From Octopus bimaculoides (Eukaryota), in contig NC_068989.1 of assembly GCF_001194135.2 (NCBI RefSeq), forward strand, positions 33,164,094 through 33,228,093: DNA of 64,000 bases, in the 5' to 3' direction. Below the pieces are notes generated by a model. The model had not been told where the DNA came from, did not search any database, and saw nothing but the letters and a program-made list of their open reading frames with translations. Made by a program: the position numbers and the translations under genes. Positions 48,810 to 63,200 of this stretch are shown piece by piece (position 1 is the first letter of the stretch; the number at the start of each line of letters is the position of its first letter).

Positions 48810-49269
48810 CCTGATGTATTTATAACTGAAGATAAAAAGAAAAAACAAAGCTTCAATTATAACTATAAAGACATCATTAAAAATGAGGAATTTATATGAA
48901 ATTCAACAGATGTTGGTGAGTCAACTTCACAACCAGTTTTCAATTACAAACACTAAAATAAGTTTTGTTGTTAATGCCCTAAACAAAAGTATGAATACAA
49001 TGCATAATTATTTTCCTTTTAGTAAAGATACTGTGGACTACATAAATGGATGAGCAGAATCTTTAAAGCATTGAACAGTGTGCCTTGTATTTGTTTCAAT
49101 TTTTTATGTTCTGAATTCAAATCCTTATCAATCCTTCCAAGATTCATAAGATAAATTACTAGTCAAGAACAGGGATTGATATGATCAACTAAACCACTCA
49201 CCCAAATTTCTAGCTTTGTGCCTAAATAAGAAATTATTAGTAATATCATTAATCTTACTGTGATTCCAC

Positions 49270-50945
49270 TGCATTTCTTTGTGTCCATAGCTTGCATTGG
49301 GTACACTGCTTGGAATTCCTGCCTGTACATTTCTTACATATACCCGCAGAAAGAGAGTCCTATCTATTTACTCGCATATTAGAACTTTCATCTTTGCAAA
49401 GTTAACTTTAAGATCCTTTGATTCCAGGTTTTGCTTCCTCATCTGGAATTTCTTTTCTAATTCTACTACAGATTCTACTTTAAGAACTAGTTCATCAATA
49501 TAGAATAGGTAGTTCCCAAGGACATCTGGTCTTAAATTCTTATGCTATGGCTTGGAGGCCTATGATGAATAAGAGGAAACTGAGAACCAACCCTGGTGAA
49601 CTCCTGCCAGCACACTACATTCATTATTCTACTTGTAGAGGACCCTGTACATGACTTTATGGCTCTCAAAAGCCATTCATCTACTTCTAACTTCCTCAGA
49701 GACTACCACATCACAGAACAAGGGACTCCGTCAAAGTCTTTCTCCAAGTCAATAAGTTTCAAGTACAAAGGTTTACTTTTAGCAAAATACTTTTCCTGCA
49801 GTTATCGTACAAGAGAGCACTAGTAGTACTTCTCACTGGTGCATGCCTGTGCATACACACTCATACACACACAAACCTGCATCTCATCTGGTCTAACTCT
49901 GATCAAAATTAAGTGGCTTATAACTCACAAATATCTTTCATGACCTGGACCACTAATATGATACCTCTGCATCTAAGGCATCTCCTTTACCCTTGTAATA
50001 GCTGACTAGAGCTGCTACACCAACCATTGGATAAGACACCTTCTTATACAACTTGATTAAATATATGGGTAACTAGGCCATGTCCTCTCCACTAGATATT
50101 TTAAGCATCTCAGTAGTGATTCTTAATGGTCCAGGGGCTTTTCCTACCTTCATATCTTTCTTTGCTTTATCTATCAAACTGCTATCAACTAAGATCCCTT
50201 AGTTGAGTCCGCATTGAGAAAACCCTCTTTCTCCCAGGCATTCTTCATGTTTTATTGTAGCACTATCATACCTCTTTTTTTTCAAAATTACTAGGGGTAA
50301 GTGTACTATTATCCATCACCATACACTTCTCACCCACAACATCTTTATTCTGTCTGGTATACACTCTTACAATTCAGAACATCTCACACTGTGATCCTTT
50401 ATACTCCAAGACATTGGCAAATCTCATACTTTCTGCTTCTCCCTTTGCAATGTAAACCTGTTGCCTAGCCTCTCTTCTGACTACCTGATACAATTCTCTG
50501 CTGCCACCATTTTTTTCAGTCTTTCTAAGCCTATATTTTACTTTTTTTTTAGCTCTGTCTGCATCACTGTTCCACCATGTTAATCTTCATCTGACCAGTA
50601 CTTTGCACAAACCATAGATTTGGTCTGTAGCCCCGAGGACGTTGTCCCATAGGAATTTCCTGTTGTCCTCTATGCTAATGTCTCTAACTCCTTTTCATCA
50701 AATGCTTCCACTAGAATTTCTCTAAACTTCTGACTGTTTGATGGGTCTTTCCAGATTGATTTGTTTCTCTGGCTTGTGTTCCTACCAGATTCATAGATGA
50801 TTAGGTGGCTGGGTGGTATCCTGAAGTTAGTATTGTAGATAAAGTCATTTGCATCACAGATGTAGTAGTAGATTAAAACAAGTTACTGACATTGCTCAAC
50901 AAGGCAGTAAAGTACATCCACCTAGCCTAGCATTCTCATAAGGCC
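49270..50945 (-). mobile_element. Decayed RTE LINE fragment (same family as 37829-40725)
   Basis: Homologous DLEKDFD, GVHQG and KGLKVNF segments; many stops. Confidence 0.82.
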
Positions 50946-52030
50946 AGAACAATTTTCATCTACCTCCAAAATGTATTGTGTTTTTAAACACAGCACTTCT
51001 ATAAGAGATATTATCTCCAGACAAATAGAGCAGTAAATCTACTTTTTGCGATGCATTTACATTATGATACACTGATGGCTATTTTAATCTAAAACTTCTT
51101 TTAGTCAGTAATGTACAAAAATAAATTTAGATTTTTGTAGACATTCCAGGATTGCAGAATGTTTCTAAGTGGTCTCTGAGAATGTTTCTATGTAGTCTCT
51201 CAGAAGGAATGGGGATGTCATGTGATTTAATAGCAGCAAATACTGTGTTATAACATGTAAAATTTATCAATTTTAGAATACTGAACAAGGAAAGTAGCAA
51301 AAATAAAACCTGTAAACATTTTACCCTTCTTTCAAAATTTGTTTTCCATTTCCATTAACAGGAATTACTGTTTTATTAACAATAAAAAAAATCTAAACAG
51401 CTTCTATAACAACTACAAGCACAGATTTACAAGACTTAGACCATATTATCAAGTGAAATGAGCATCACTCATATGAATGTATAAACTGTTTTCAATTGAT
51501 TCATAAAACCAGAAAATGGAAGAAACAAGCAAGAACAACAATGAACTTTAGCACAGGAAAGAAAAAGAAAGCAAAGAGAATGGCAAATTTGATAAAAGTA
51601 AAATTATATTGTATGTATGCCATATTTCTTGACATTACACATCATGACAAAAGTATACATTCAAAGTTATACAACATATGATAGGCAACAAACGTTCTAG
51701 TATATTATATATAAGACACATATACATATTTAATATATATACAAAGAGAATTATAGCCCAATTGATTAGGAACAGAATAAAAGTAGAAGAGATGTGATTT
51801 GGTTTTGCACCTGGGAAGGGTACCACAGATGTTACCTACCTAGTGAGACAGCTGTAGAAGTATCAGGAGAATAAGACTACAATGAGTTCAGTTCTTCACT
51901 GAGCTATAAAAAGAGATGATATATTACAAAAATTTCAATTAATTTTGGATATACATGCTTATGCATGCATGTGTGTGTGTGTATAGATACACATAAACAC
52001 ATATAAATGTATGTATACATGTATACATCT

Positions 52031-52065
<35 letters not shown>

Positions 52066-52576
52066 AATAAAAGCAAAATTCTGTGTCTGTCTAAAAAAAA
52101 AAATTTGCTCTACATAGACATATTATAATTTTTTGAAATCAGGATGATACTGATATTGAAAATCTGTTCTTCATCTGGTTCTTGAATATCAATCATTAGG
52201 ATCTGATTTAAAAGTATTTGAGTTGCTACTTCTAGCAGGTAAAGTGACCACGAGAGGCTTCAGCGCCATAGCATTATTGGCATAGGTGAACAAGAGTTAC
52301 TTCCCTTAGCTTAAAGTTTTACTGAGAAATTTGGTGCTTCTTTTATCTTTTTCAGTAATCAGACTGCAACCACACTGGGGCATCACGTTGAAGAATTTTA
52401 ATTGAACAAATCGACACCAGTTTTTTTTCTTTTTTTGTGCCTTGTTCTTTTTCTATTGGCCTCTTTTACTGAACTGCTAAGTTACGTGAACATAAACACA
52501 CCAACACCAGTTATCAAGTGGTGGTAGGGAACAAACACAGACACAAAGCCACAATATATATATATAAATATATATA

Positions 52577-52738
52577 GGCGCAGGAGTGGCTGGGTGGTAA
52601 GAAGCTTGCTTCCCAACCACATGGTTCCGAGTTCAGTTCCTTTGCATGGCACCTTGGGCAAGTGTCTTCTGCTATAGCCATGGGCTGACCAAAGCCTTAT
52701 GAGTGGATTTGGTAGGCAGAAACTGAAAGAAGCCCGTC

Positions 52739-52782
<44 letters not shown>

Positions 52783-52983
52783 ATGTGTCTCTTTTTCCCT
52801 CCACCATTTCTTGACACCCAATGTTGGTGTGTTTGCGTCCCCGTCACTAAGCAGTTCAGCAAAAAGACACCAATAGAATAAGTACTAGGATTACAAAGAA
52901 TAAGTCCTGGGGTCGATTTGTTCAATTAAAGGCAGTGCTCCAGCATAGCTGCAGTCAAATGACTGAAACGAGTAAAAGAATAT
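52577..52983 (+). mobile_element. tRNA-derived SINE with a central (TA)n
   Basis: Head ggcgcaggagtggctgggtggtaag...ggttccgagttcagttcc; tail ...gactgaaacgagtaaaaga. Confidence 0.82.
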
Positions 52984-53044
52984 NNNNNNNNNNNNNNNNN
53001 NNNNNNNNNNNNNNNNNNNNNNNNNNNNNNNNNNNNNNNNNNNN

Positions 53045-53045
53045 T

Positions 53046-53077
<32 letters not shown>

Positions 53078-53915
53078 TGGACGGTTTGACTGAGGACTGG
53101 CAACCCAGAAGGCTGCGCCAGGCTCCAATCTGATCTGGCAAAGTTTCTACAGCTGCATGCCCTTCCTAACTCCAACCACTCCAAGAGTGTAGTGGGTGCT
53201 TTTACGTGCCACCAGCACGAGGGCCAGTCAGGCAGTACTGGCAACAACCACACTCAAATGGTGTTTTTTACATGCCACCTGCACAGGTGCCAGTCAGGTG
53301 GCACTGGCAACGACCACGCTTGAATGTTGTTTTTCACATGCCACCCGCACAGGGGCCAGTAAGGCGATGCTGGCAATGATCACACTCAAATGGTGGTTTT
53401 TACATACCACTGGCACAGGTGCCAGTTAGTGGCCCTGGCAACGATTACACTCAGATGGTGCTTTTAACGTCCCACTGGCACGGGTGCCAATCAGGTGGTA
53501 CTGCCATCGGCCACATCAGTGATTTTGATTTCACTTGCCTCAACAGGTCTTCGGAAGAAAAGTTTATTGTCCAATGAATGAAGGGTACTCATACGTGGGC
53601 TGGTTATACACCACGGGCATAGGCCACGGGTTATGGTCTCGCTTGGCTTGCCAGGTCTTCTCAAGCACAGTATATCTCCAAAGGTCTTGGTCATTAGTTA
53701 TTGCCTCGGTGAGGAAGGTCGTGCTTCACCACCTCATCCCAGGTCTTCCTGGGTCTACCTCTTCCACGGGTTCCCTCAACTGCTAGGGTGTGACACTTTT
53801 ACACACAGCTGTCCTCATCCATTTGCAACACATGACCATACCAGTGCAGTTGTCTCTCTTGCACACCACAGCTGGTGCTTCTTAAATCCAACTTTTCTCT
53901 CAGGGCGCTTATACT
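53045..53915 (-). mobile_element. 5'-truncated RTE LINE (ORF end, 3'UTR repeats, (GAT)n tail)
   Basis: Same terminus and 66-bp repeats as the other copies. Confidence 0.87.
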
Positions 53916-53924
53916 GTCATGTAT

Positions 53925-53969
<45 letters not shown>

Positions 53970-53974
<5 letters not shown>

Positions 53975-54610
53975 TTAACTCTTTGGATCCTGGAATGCCA
54001 TCTCACAAACTGACATTGAAGAAGAAAGGTGTTCCCATCATACTTTTGAGAAATCTGGATCCTCCAAAGCTGTGCAATGGAACAAGACTGATTGTCAGGC
54101 AAATGCACCCACATCTTTTGGAAGTAACAATCCACACTGCACAAGGAAATGGAGAAAATGTGTTTATTCCAAGAATTCTACTGATTCCAGTAGACATACC
54201 CTTTAAATTCAAGAAACTTCAATTTCCTGTAAGAGTTAGTTTTGCAAAGTCAATTAACAAGAGCCAAAGATAATTACTGAAAACTGTTGGACTTCACCTC
54301 ATGCAGCAGTGCTTTTTCCCATGGTCAGTTCTATGTTGGTTGTTCCAGAGTTGGAAATGGGAACAATCTCTTCATACTCACACCAAATGATAAAGCCCAA
54401 AATATTGTTTAACCTGCTAGTTTACAGTGATCTTCAAATGTCACAGTGGCACAAAATTCTCCAAATGTGATACTCTGTGATATAAATCTGAGAAGGTAGA
54501 ATACTAATAAATGCTTTATTATTATTTCCATTTAGTTTTGGGCTGCAGGCCCAAGTAGCCCTCTGCAGGAGGTGGCTTAAAAGTCTACACAGAGTGTAGC
54601 TTTTAAGATA

Positions 54611-54611
<1 letters not shown>
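53970..54611 (+). mobile_element. Helitron 3' part with C-terminal Pif1 helicase fragment
   Basis: [18 protein letters not shown]...SINKSQR; terminal hairpin aaaagtctacac-aga-gtgtagctttt followed by ATAGT. Confidence 0.75.
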
Positions 54612-54648
<37 letters not shown>

Positions 54649-54919
54649 CATTCTGTACCTCGTTCTTCCATTGATTAGCGCTAACATCAGAATATTAATA
54701 TATCACAGGGTAATGGTGTTTCATTTATCATGTTTACATTCTTAGCTTCAAATCAGTGTTATTAATCTTAATATTTTTATAATCTTAAACAAAACACATA
54801 GATATGCATATATATATGCATATGTGTGTATATATATGTATATACCTCTGGTAACTATTAACATATTTACATTGTCAAAGGTTTTTTTAAAACTGAGATA
54901 ATATTAATATATACATAAA

Positions 54920-54954
<35 letters not shown>

Positions 54955-54959
<5 letters not shown>

Positions 54960-56510
54960 GCGCCAGCTTGTATCCGAACATTGGGTTCGTCAGTTTATCC
55001 AGTCTCCTTGGCAGATGTTTGTGCTGAATGTGACTTTGGAGTCCAAGTCAGTGTGTAAGAGTATGTGGGCAGAATTCATATAGCATGGTTGGTGTGGGTC
55101 AAGGATATTGAAGACATTCCTTTCTTCTCCAGTATTTTACCTCCTCATTCTGTTGTCTGTTCTGCTCGAAGGAGCTGGCTCCATTGTGGATAGCAGTACT
55201 CCAGGCTATCCTATCCATGGCAATCTGTTCCCATGATGATGGTTGGATTTAAGTTTAAGCCAGGGTCCATTTGAGATGGTCTTTAAAACGGAATTTTGGA
55301 CCTCCTCTGGGTCTTGTTTCAATTGCAAGTTCTCTGTGGAGCATAATCCTCAGGAGACAAGAGAGCTGGACGTGACCTGCCCAGTAGAGACGATGACGAA
55401 GAACCTCGTTGTTGGTAATGTGATCTTCCTATTGAATATTGAGGATCTGTCATACCTTGGATTGCTGAAAGCATTCAAGGTACATGAAGTCACGGTGGTA
55501 CAGCGTCCTAGTCTCACAAGCATAGAGAAGAGTTGACAGAACAATGGCACGGAAGACCATGATCTTTGTCCAGATGGTCAGTGCATGACTGAAGAATACA
55601 CAGCTGAGTCTACTGAAAGCAGAGTGGGCTGCCCTGATCTGGTTCTCCATGTCCTTTGCACACATGGGGGTCTTCAAAAGGATACTCCCAAGGTATGAGA
55701 AGTGTTCAACCTCTTCTAGGGGTTGGCCGTTGATGCTAATGTTCACGGGTGTCCTGTTCTGGCTTGATGCAGGCTGGATCAGGGTCTTGGTCTTTAATGT
55801 GTTTACCTGCATCCTGAAGCATTCAGAAGATGAATTGTAAAGATCGGCCATCCTTTGTAGGCCATCTGGGGCCCAGCTTGGAGTGGCATGATCATCGGCA
55901 TACTGCATTTGATGGACTGAGATGGCAGAGGTCCTCGTCTTTGCATGGAGACATGTGAGATTGAAGAGTCCACCATCCAAGCATTTGTGCATGTTGATGG
56001 AAGGCAAGTCTAGTGGAATTTTGTTGAACATGGTGGCCATGTACGAAAAGAAACAGGACGCAACCTTGCTTAAGACCTCCAGTGATGAGAAACGGGTCTG
56101 TGAGGGCATTTTGATGGCATACCCTACCCACCACGCCGTCATGAAAGGAGCAGACCAGAGCAATGAAGTCGTCCGGACATCCAAACCAAGCAAGGATGGC
56201 CCACATTGCAAGACGGGCAACCTTGTCAAAGGCTTTCTTTAGATCCCAGAAGATGAACATTGCAGGCAGATGTTGTTCTTGACACTTCTGAAGTTGGCAG
56301 GCACAAAAGATCATGTCGATTGTGCCTCAAGAGGGTCGAAAACCACACTGAGACTCAGGGAGGACATCTTCTACAAGGATGAGGAGGCGATTGAGTAGGA
56401 TTGCATGCAATACTCAGGAGTGACATGACCCGATAGTTGTTGCAATCCTCTTAGTCCCCTTTCTTGTACATGGTGATGATAGTTGCATCACAGCAGAGTC
56501 GGCAATAACC
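54955..56510 (-). mobile_element. Decayed RTE LINE of a second, BovB-like family
   Basis: DLKKAFDKV, GLKQGCVL, MQYADD, VEHFSYLGS, LLYACET motifs. Confidence 0.85.
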
Positions 56511-56516
56511 ATTGCC

Positions 56517-56560
<44 letters not shown>

Positions 56561-56564
56561 CACA

Positions 56565-57413
56565 CAACAAATTTTACTGACATGAATGTGTTCATACTGG
56601 ATTAGCATTTGTCACAATCAAATGTAGAAAACAGCATCCATCATGTGGTGTCTGTTTTCATTGATGCATTTCTGAAGGCGTTCTTAGAAGTTGGCCTCCA
56701 CTCTCTCCAGCATTGCCCTGTCAATTTGGGCGACTTCCATGTGAATGGCTTCCTTCAAATCGTCCTATGTATGGTGCTTATGCGCATACACATGTGCCTT
56801 GAGGTTTCCCCACAAGAAATAATCACACATGGACAAATCAAGGGACTGAGGTGGCCATCTGACATGTGAAGTTAACCTGCTGTGCATAGGCCCATGGTTT
56901 CAACTGTTGCCCAATGACCAATTTGTACGGGTGGAAATGCATGTCTCCATGCAAAATACACCTTACTGAACGATTACCAATGCCAAGTTCTGTGAAATGC
57001 CTCCGAGCAGTGATTTGGACTCCGTATCAAAGCTTGTCTGATGTGTTCTACATTTTCCAGGGTCTGTACCATCCATGCCCCCCACCAGCCTCCTGTTCAT
57101 TAATGTACATTGTGTATAAAGTGCATACACCCAATGTAAGATTGTGTTACAGGTGGGAACATCCTAATTTCAATGATTGCTGAAGTGGTGCTGAAACTCA
57201 TGCTGAACTGCTGTCACAGACTCGTTATTCTTCACGTAACTGTTGTAGGCAAATACACAATGCTCTATTGTCCACAGCATCATGGCTTCACCTGAAAAGA
57301 AAAAAAAATGCTAAGACACCACAGACCAAGTGGTACCTGTGAAACATATGTACCTCCCCCTGGGACTGAGTAATAGCCATTTCAAAAGCGTCAGCCCTCT
57401 CTGCCCCGCCCTG
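56565..57413 (-). mobile_element. Internally deleted Tc1/mariner (rosa/maT-like, HPYK type)
   Basis: TA-CAGGGCGGGGCAG end; ILHGDMHFHPYKL joined directly to DLSMCDYFLWGNLK, so the DDE core is missing. Confidence 0.75.
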
Positions 57414-57414
57414 T

Positions 57415-57665
57415 ACATACATATACATACATATATGCATACATACACATACATATATACATACACACATACATATATACATACATACACACATACATAT
57501 ACATACATACATACACACATACATATACATACATGTGCATATATATATACATACAAACATATACATACATACATACACACACACATATATATACACACAT
57601 AGATACATACATACACACATACATATTTATATATATAGACACACATATATACATACATATATATA
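57415..57665. repeat. Complex (TACA/TA/CA)n microsatellite between two Tc1/mariner elements
   Basis: Directly visible low-complexity tract. Confidence 0.9.
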
Positions 57666-58913
57666 CAGGGTGCAAGGGGTATTTGAGGACATTTCATTTT
57701 TAATTCATTACTCCTTCAAATTATTTAATTTATCATTTTTTTTTTTTCAGATAACACTTTCAAGATATCATGCTAACTCAAGAAACGAAAAGATATGCAG
57801 TCATAATTGCTATACATGCAAACCACAGTGATTTAGAAATTAGCAACTTTCTAAATGTTGCAAGATCATTTGTACACAAAGTTCTGTTGGAATTGGAGGC
57901 ATGTGATGGTAATGTTTCACCAGTATCAAAGAGAAAAAACATTCACAATGCTCAGACACTAAAAGGACACCAGAATTTATACAACACGTTCAAAACATTA
58001 TTGATGAAAACCCCAGAAGATCAATGGGGTCCATTGCTAAAGAACTTCAGATGTCAGAGTGGACTATCAAAACTGTGGTACATCGTGACATTCAATACAT
58101 ATCCTATGTAATGAGAAAAGGCCAATTCGTGTCTGCAAAGACACAGGAAAACTATCTCATCTGTTCAAAACGGTTACTTAACAAAGTGAAAAACCCTCAT
58201 GAATAATGCATGCTGTGATTTTTCTGATGAAAAAAACTTTGACCAGAATCAAAAGTCTAACAGAAGAAATGATAGGTGGTCATCTGCAGATCCTTCTGAA
58301 GTACCCAAAGTGACGCACACAAAATTTCCAGCAACTGTGATGGTTTTAGGAGTGGTGATTAGTGAAGGATATGTGATGCCTCCCCACTTTTTTCCACAGG
58401 ATCTTAGAATTAATGCTGCTGGATACATTGAGGTACTGGAAACTGTTATCAAGCCCAGGATTGATGAGATATGCAATGGAAGGCCATACGTTTCAACAAG
58501 ACTCAGCGCCTTCTCACAAAGCCCTAATCACCCAAGAATGGTTGTTGGACAATCATTATGATTATGTAACACCCAATATGTGTCCTCCAAACATGCCAGA
58601 TTTGAACCACATGGACTACTACATGTGGCGCGCTGTTGAAAGGGAGGCTAATCATTCATCCTCATAATACCATAGTTTCACTGTAGGTTGCCACTGTCCT
58701 GGTAATGTCCGAAATGAATAAGGAACATATACAGGCAGTTTTGGTACTGCATTGGAGTAGTCATTGAAGCCAAAGGCAGTTTCATAGAATGATTTTCTTA
58801 CAAATTCACAATCAAAACTAACTGCACAAATGATTACTCAAATATTTATTTATGCTGAAAAATAGTTGTTTTACAGTATACCAAAACTGTCCACAAATAA
58901 CCCGCGCACCCTG
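57666..58913 (+). mobile_element. Full-length but decayed maT-type (DD37D) Tc1/mariner
   Basis: TA-flanked TIRs CAGGGTGC..GG.TATTTG.GGACA. FSDEKNF, FQQDSAPSH, and 37 residues to the D of NHMDY. Confidence 0.92.
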
Positions 58914-59151
58914 TATACACATATATATACACATGTATATACACACACACACGCATATACACACACATACATATAAACATACACAAACCTAAAACTATAT
59001 ACATATATATATACATACACATACAAACACACCTGTCTTCGTCTTCTGTTTTTTTGTAAATTCTCACTAAATATATAAGAAAACCTCTCCTTCAACCAAT
59101 TAAAGGTGTCTATTTACTTCCTGCATGTCTGTGTGTGTATGTATGTGTATG

Positions 59152-59184
<33 letters not shown>

Positions 59185-60209
59185 NNNNNNNNNNNNNNNN
59201 NNNNNNNNNNNNNNNNNNNNNNNNNNNNNNNNNNNNNNNNNNNNNNNNNNNNNNNNNNNNNNNNNNNNNNNNNNNNNNNNNNNNNNNNNNNNNNNNNNNN
59301 NNNNNNNNNNNNNNNNNNNNNNNNNNNNNNNNNNNNNNNNNNNNNNNNNNNNNNNNNNNNNNNNNNNNNNNNNNNNNNNNNNNNNNNNNNNNNNNNNNNN
59401 NNNNNNNNNNNNNNNNNNNNNNNNNNNNNNNNNNNNNNNNNNNNNNNNNNNNNNNNNNNNNNNNNNNNNNNNNNNNNNNNNNNNNNNNNNNNNNNNNNNN
59501 NNNNNNNNNNNNNNNNNNNNNNNNNNNNNNNNNNNNNNNNNNNNNNNNNNNNNNNNNNNNNNNNNNNNNNNNNNNNNNNNNNNNNNNNNNNNNNNNNNNN
59601 NNNNNNNNNNNNNNNNNNNNNNNNNNNNNNNNNNNNNNNNNNNNNNNNNNNNNNNNNNNNNNNNNNNNNNNNNNNNNNNNNNNNNNNNNNNNNNNNNNNN
59701 NNNNNNNNNNNNNNNNNNNNNNNNNNNNNNTGATGAACAAAAGAATACAGGTTACTTCACAGTTTTTCTGTATTTGATTGAGAAACCAGTGGTCTACCGT
59801 TGAGTTAAATGTTTTTAAGAGATAAACTTTGAAAGCTGCATTCCCTCGCTTTCAGTAAATATGTTGCTTATTCTTTTTGGTAGTTTTTGACTTATTTAGT
59901 CCCTCGAAGCGTGAGGCATTAATACACAGTTAATGCCCTTTATATATAAGTATTTATATTTATGATGAAATGATGAATTTTTTCATTACGAAAATTTTTC
60001 GTTATTTTTTCATTTTGAGGTTTTTTTCACGCTACTTGATAAATTCTTATAAAGAATTTATCCTATATTATATTATATATATATACATATATATATATAT
60101 ATGTATGTATTCTTATATGTACATATATATATACATATATACACATATACATATATATATACACATACATATATATACACATATATATATACGTATACAT
60201 ACATGTATA

Positions 60210-60247
<38 letters not shown>

Positions 60248-60249
60248 CA

Positions 60250-63200
60250 TATATATCTTAAAATGTAAAATGAAAACAGAACACAAAGGATATCGCGGTA
60301 CACATGTTTCAAGCTTTACACACAAACTGTCGTATCATTATATGAGTATATAATTGATAGAAAGGATGGTTTAAAGCTATCTTCAGCCCCAAGCATTTTC
60401 AGTCCCAATATTACATCGCAAAGAAAAAAGAAAAAGAGAGAAAAAGGAAAAGTCCACCTAGTATTATCCATTGTAATATGCTTATCTTTTAAATTGTTAT
60501 ATCTGCATAAATGTTCCTTGGTATTCAAAAATCTGTCCATATTGTAACACAATTCAGGGTAGAGTGAATGATAAATAGATTGGATTGTATTTAACTAGCT
60601 ATATGAGATAGAAGGAGATCAAAAATAAAATAAAAGTTAGAGGTTAAAACAATATAAAATACAAAATAAAAGAGATAAAATATAAAAATAATAGAAGTCA
60701 AATCGAGAGTAATATAAGAAAAATTTACGGATAATAAAGTAAGATACATATAAATAAGATTTAGTAGGGTTGGAATAAAGTAATAAAGGAAATAAAGGAA
60801 TTGGGATAAAGAAATAGAAGAAATAAAAGAAATGAAATAAAAGAAGTAAAGGAAAAGAGGAATAAGAAAAACCCATAAAGTAGATAAAGAGATAAAGAGA
60901 TAAGATACTAAATGGCAGTAAACAGGATGCTGTCTTGGCCAGGATTGCCGGGAGTCATAAATAATATCTTAGCTAGACTAGGGTTGAAATATGATATCCT
61001 TGTGATGAGTGGTCAGTTTACCCAAAACACACCACTACAGATACTTAACTATATAAACTTATCTATTATATGGATACATACACTTACTTAGAAGATAAAT
61101 AAATAATAATGATAGAAGGGGTAAAGAGTAATTAGAAAATATAAAAACTAAAAAAAGAAAAATTAGAAAATGTAAAAAAAGGTAAGAAAATTAGGGTTGA
61201 AGTTAAAAATTAAAATTTATGGGGAACAATTATAATAGTAGTAATATAATAGAAATAATGTATTATATAATGTAATAGTAATAAAAAAATAACAACAATA
61301 ACAATAATAGTAATATAGTGGTTTGAAAAAATACATTGATTAGAAAAATATTGTGATTGGGGAAATTTTGGCTTATCTATTTGCGTAAATTATATGTCAT
61401 AGGGCAACTTCTACTATAATCGTATTTTAATCATTTAGGTATTGCTATATGAAGTTAAAAGAGTCTGGGTTTGTATCTCCTAATGAATACTAGTATAATA
61501 TTGTTATAAACATTGAAGTGATAAGTGTTATTTAATGTTACCTTTGTGTATTGTAGTGCTATTCGAAATTTTAGAGCCAGTGACTAAATTATTTAGTAAT
61601 TTTCCTCTAAAAATGGGATTAGAGATCTCGGGTTATTAAATATGTGTGTACTATATGGGGTCAGAATCTAGCTAGGTGAGGGTAAACTGAATAATTAAAG
61701 TAAATAGTTAAGTTGTTGGGAGTAGAGTACAGGATTCGTTAATTCAATGGCTGAATAGTGGCAGGATGGATCAGACGAGGGAATTACCAATGAGAGAAGA
61801 TGATGAAGTGATTATAACTTAAAAGTGTGGACTTAAGGATTATAGTATTTAAAGGTTTTAATCAGTTTATGTATACAAGTTGGTCTGAATTCTTATCTCT
61901 TATTAATTAGCTTGTTCTTTTCAGGGAATCTAATGATTTTCAATAGTTCTAAGGAACATAACTGGCAACCAGTTCTATTATTTTTATAAGTTGCTGCCAA
62001 TCCAACCATGAACCACTTAAGGTTAAAGTTAATATTTTCGTCTTTAAGTTCCCATATTCTACATGATAATGAAGAGCTATTAGCCTTAAGCCTGAGTCTA
62101 AATGATGACCTATGGTTATAGAACCTAGATTTCCAGGAGGAAGAGCACCCAAGGTAGGTGAGGGTATTCGTTTCAGTAATTATTTCACAAGAATAGACTG
62201 TTTTTTTGCTAGGTAGTTTCCACGTAAAGGCAATGTTGATGTTGTTACACAATTGCACCCAAGTTTATAATTTTTAGGCTGTCTTATGCTTGCATGTGGA
62301 GGGTAACTGTTTATAGGATTATCTTTGTTAGTTCTTGGGTGGTTAAGGTTTACGCCGACATGGCTGTTACTATTATTGTTGTTACCTTTATTGGGGTTGT
62401 TCAAAGTTTCACTAGCTTTATTCTTTCTGCCGTTAACACTGGTACTATATTTATTAGCTCTATCAACAATATATATAATTATAGTGGAATTGTGGCTAGT
62501 ATAATTATTGTCATGATTACTATTTGAGGTGGAGTTGGTTATTCTATTAGTAGTAGCAGCATCGTTATTTAACGTGGAAGTACTATATGGTGTGCCACTA
62601 TCCTGTGTTGGGTCTAGGTTTAGTGATTCATCTATTGTACTGTGATTTGATATTTGTGTAGGATTATAGGGCCTAATAGTGTTGTTGTCATTATAATTAT
62701 TATTATTACTACCATTATCAACAATGTTATAATTCTCAGGATTATTAGTTTGTATACTATCATTATTAGTTCTTGGATTATTGGGGTTAGACTGATAATT
62801 ATTATTTGTTCTTAATCTAGCTTTTTTTATTATGTTTAGATATAAGGCATTTCATATTGGGGAGGGTCGAATATGAGATTCTAATAGTTTTAGTGGAAAG
62901 AATACTGTTATATTTATGAGTGGGTGGAAAGTTATTTGATATAATTGAAACTATTTTCTTGCATAATCTACCTGTAACCGCTACATTATATGGTATGTTA
63001 TACCTTATATAGTTGCATAATTTACTGTTATTTTGTTTAGTAATTCTTCTATTGCTATTATTATTTCTATCGCTAGGGTTTTCTCTAACTGAACTATTAT
63101 CGGTACGATTTTTTTTCTTTATGCTTTTTGATCTTAAGCTTATTTGTATTAGTACTAGTTGTATCTGTGCTTTTATTTTTGTTTTTATTCGACTTATTTT

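Noticed and set aside
48630-48848. 72-aa single ORF from the track
   Set aside because: It is CUL2 exon 1 read through the AT-AC donor into the intron, not a separate gene.
52577-52660. tRNA-like A/B-box heads (also 47300-47387, 43910-44000, 31498-31565)
   Set aside because: They continue into SINE bodies and do not form complete cloverleaves; not tRNA genes.
57288-57831. Long C/V/Y/M/I- or H/T/Y-rich ORFs (also 18843-19096, 59970-60353, 63772-63957)
   Set aside because: Translations of microsatellites.
60316-60552. Possible N-terminus of a second tandem PLE copy
   Set aside because: No PLE motif could be recognised with confidence.
60990-61040. Hammerhead-like GTGATGAG..ggt/acc..AAAAC in the PLE 3' region (and tgatga..gaaa near 59965-59995)
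   Set aside because: Core nucleotides are mismatched and no convincing stems I and III are present.
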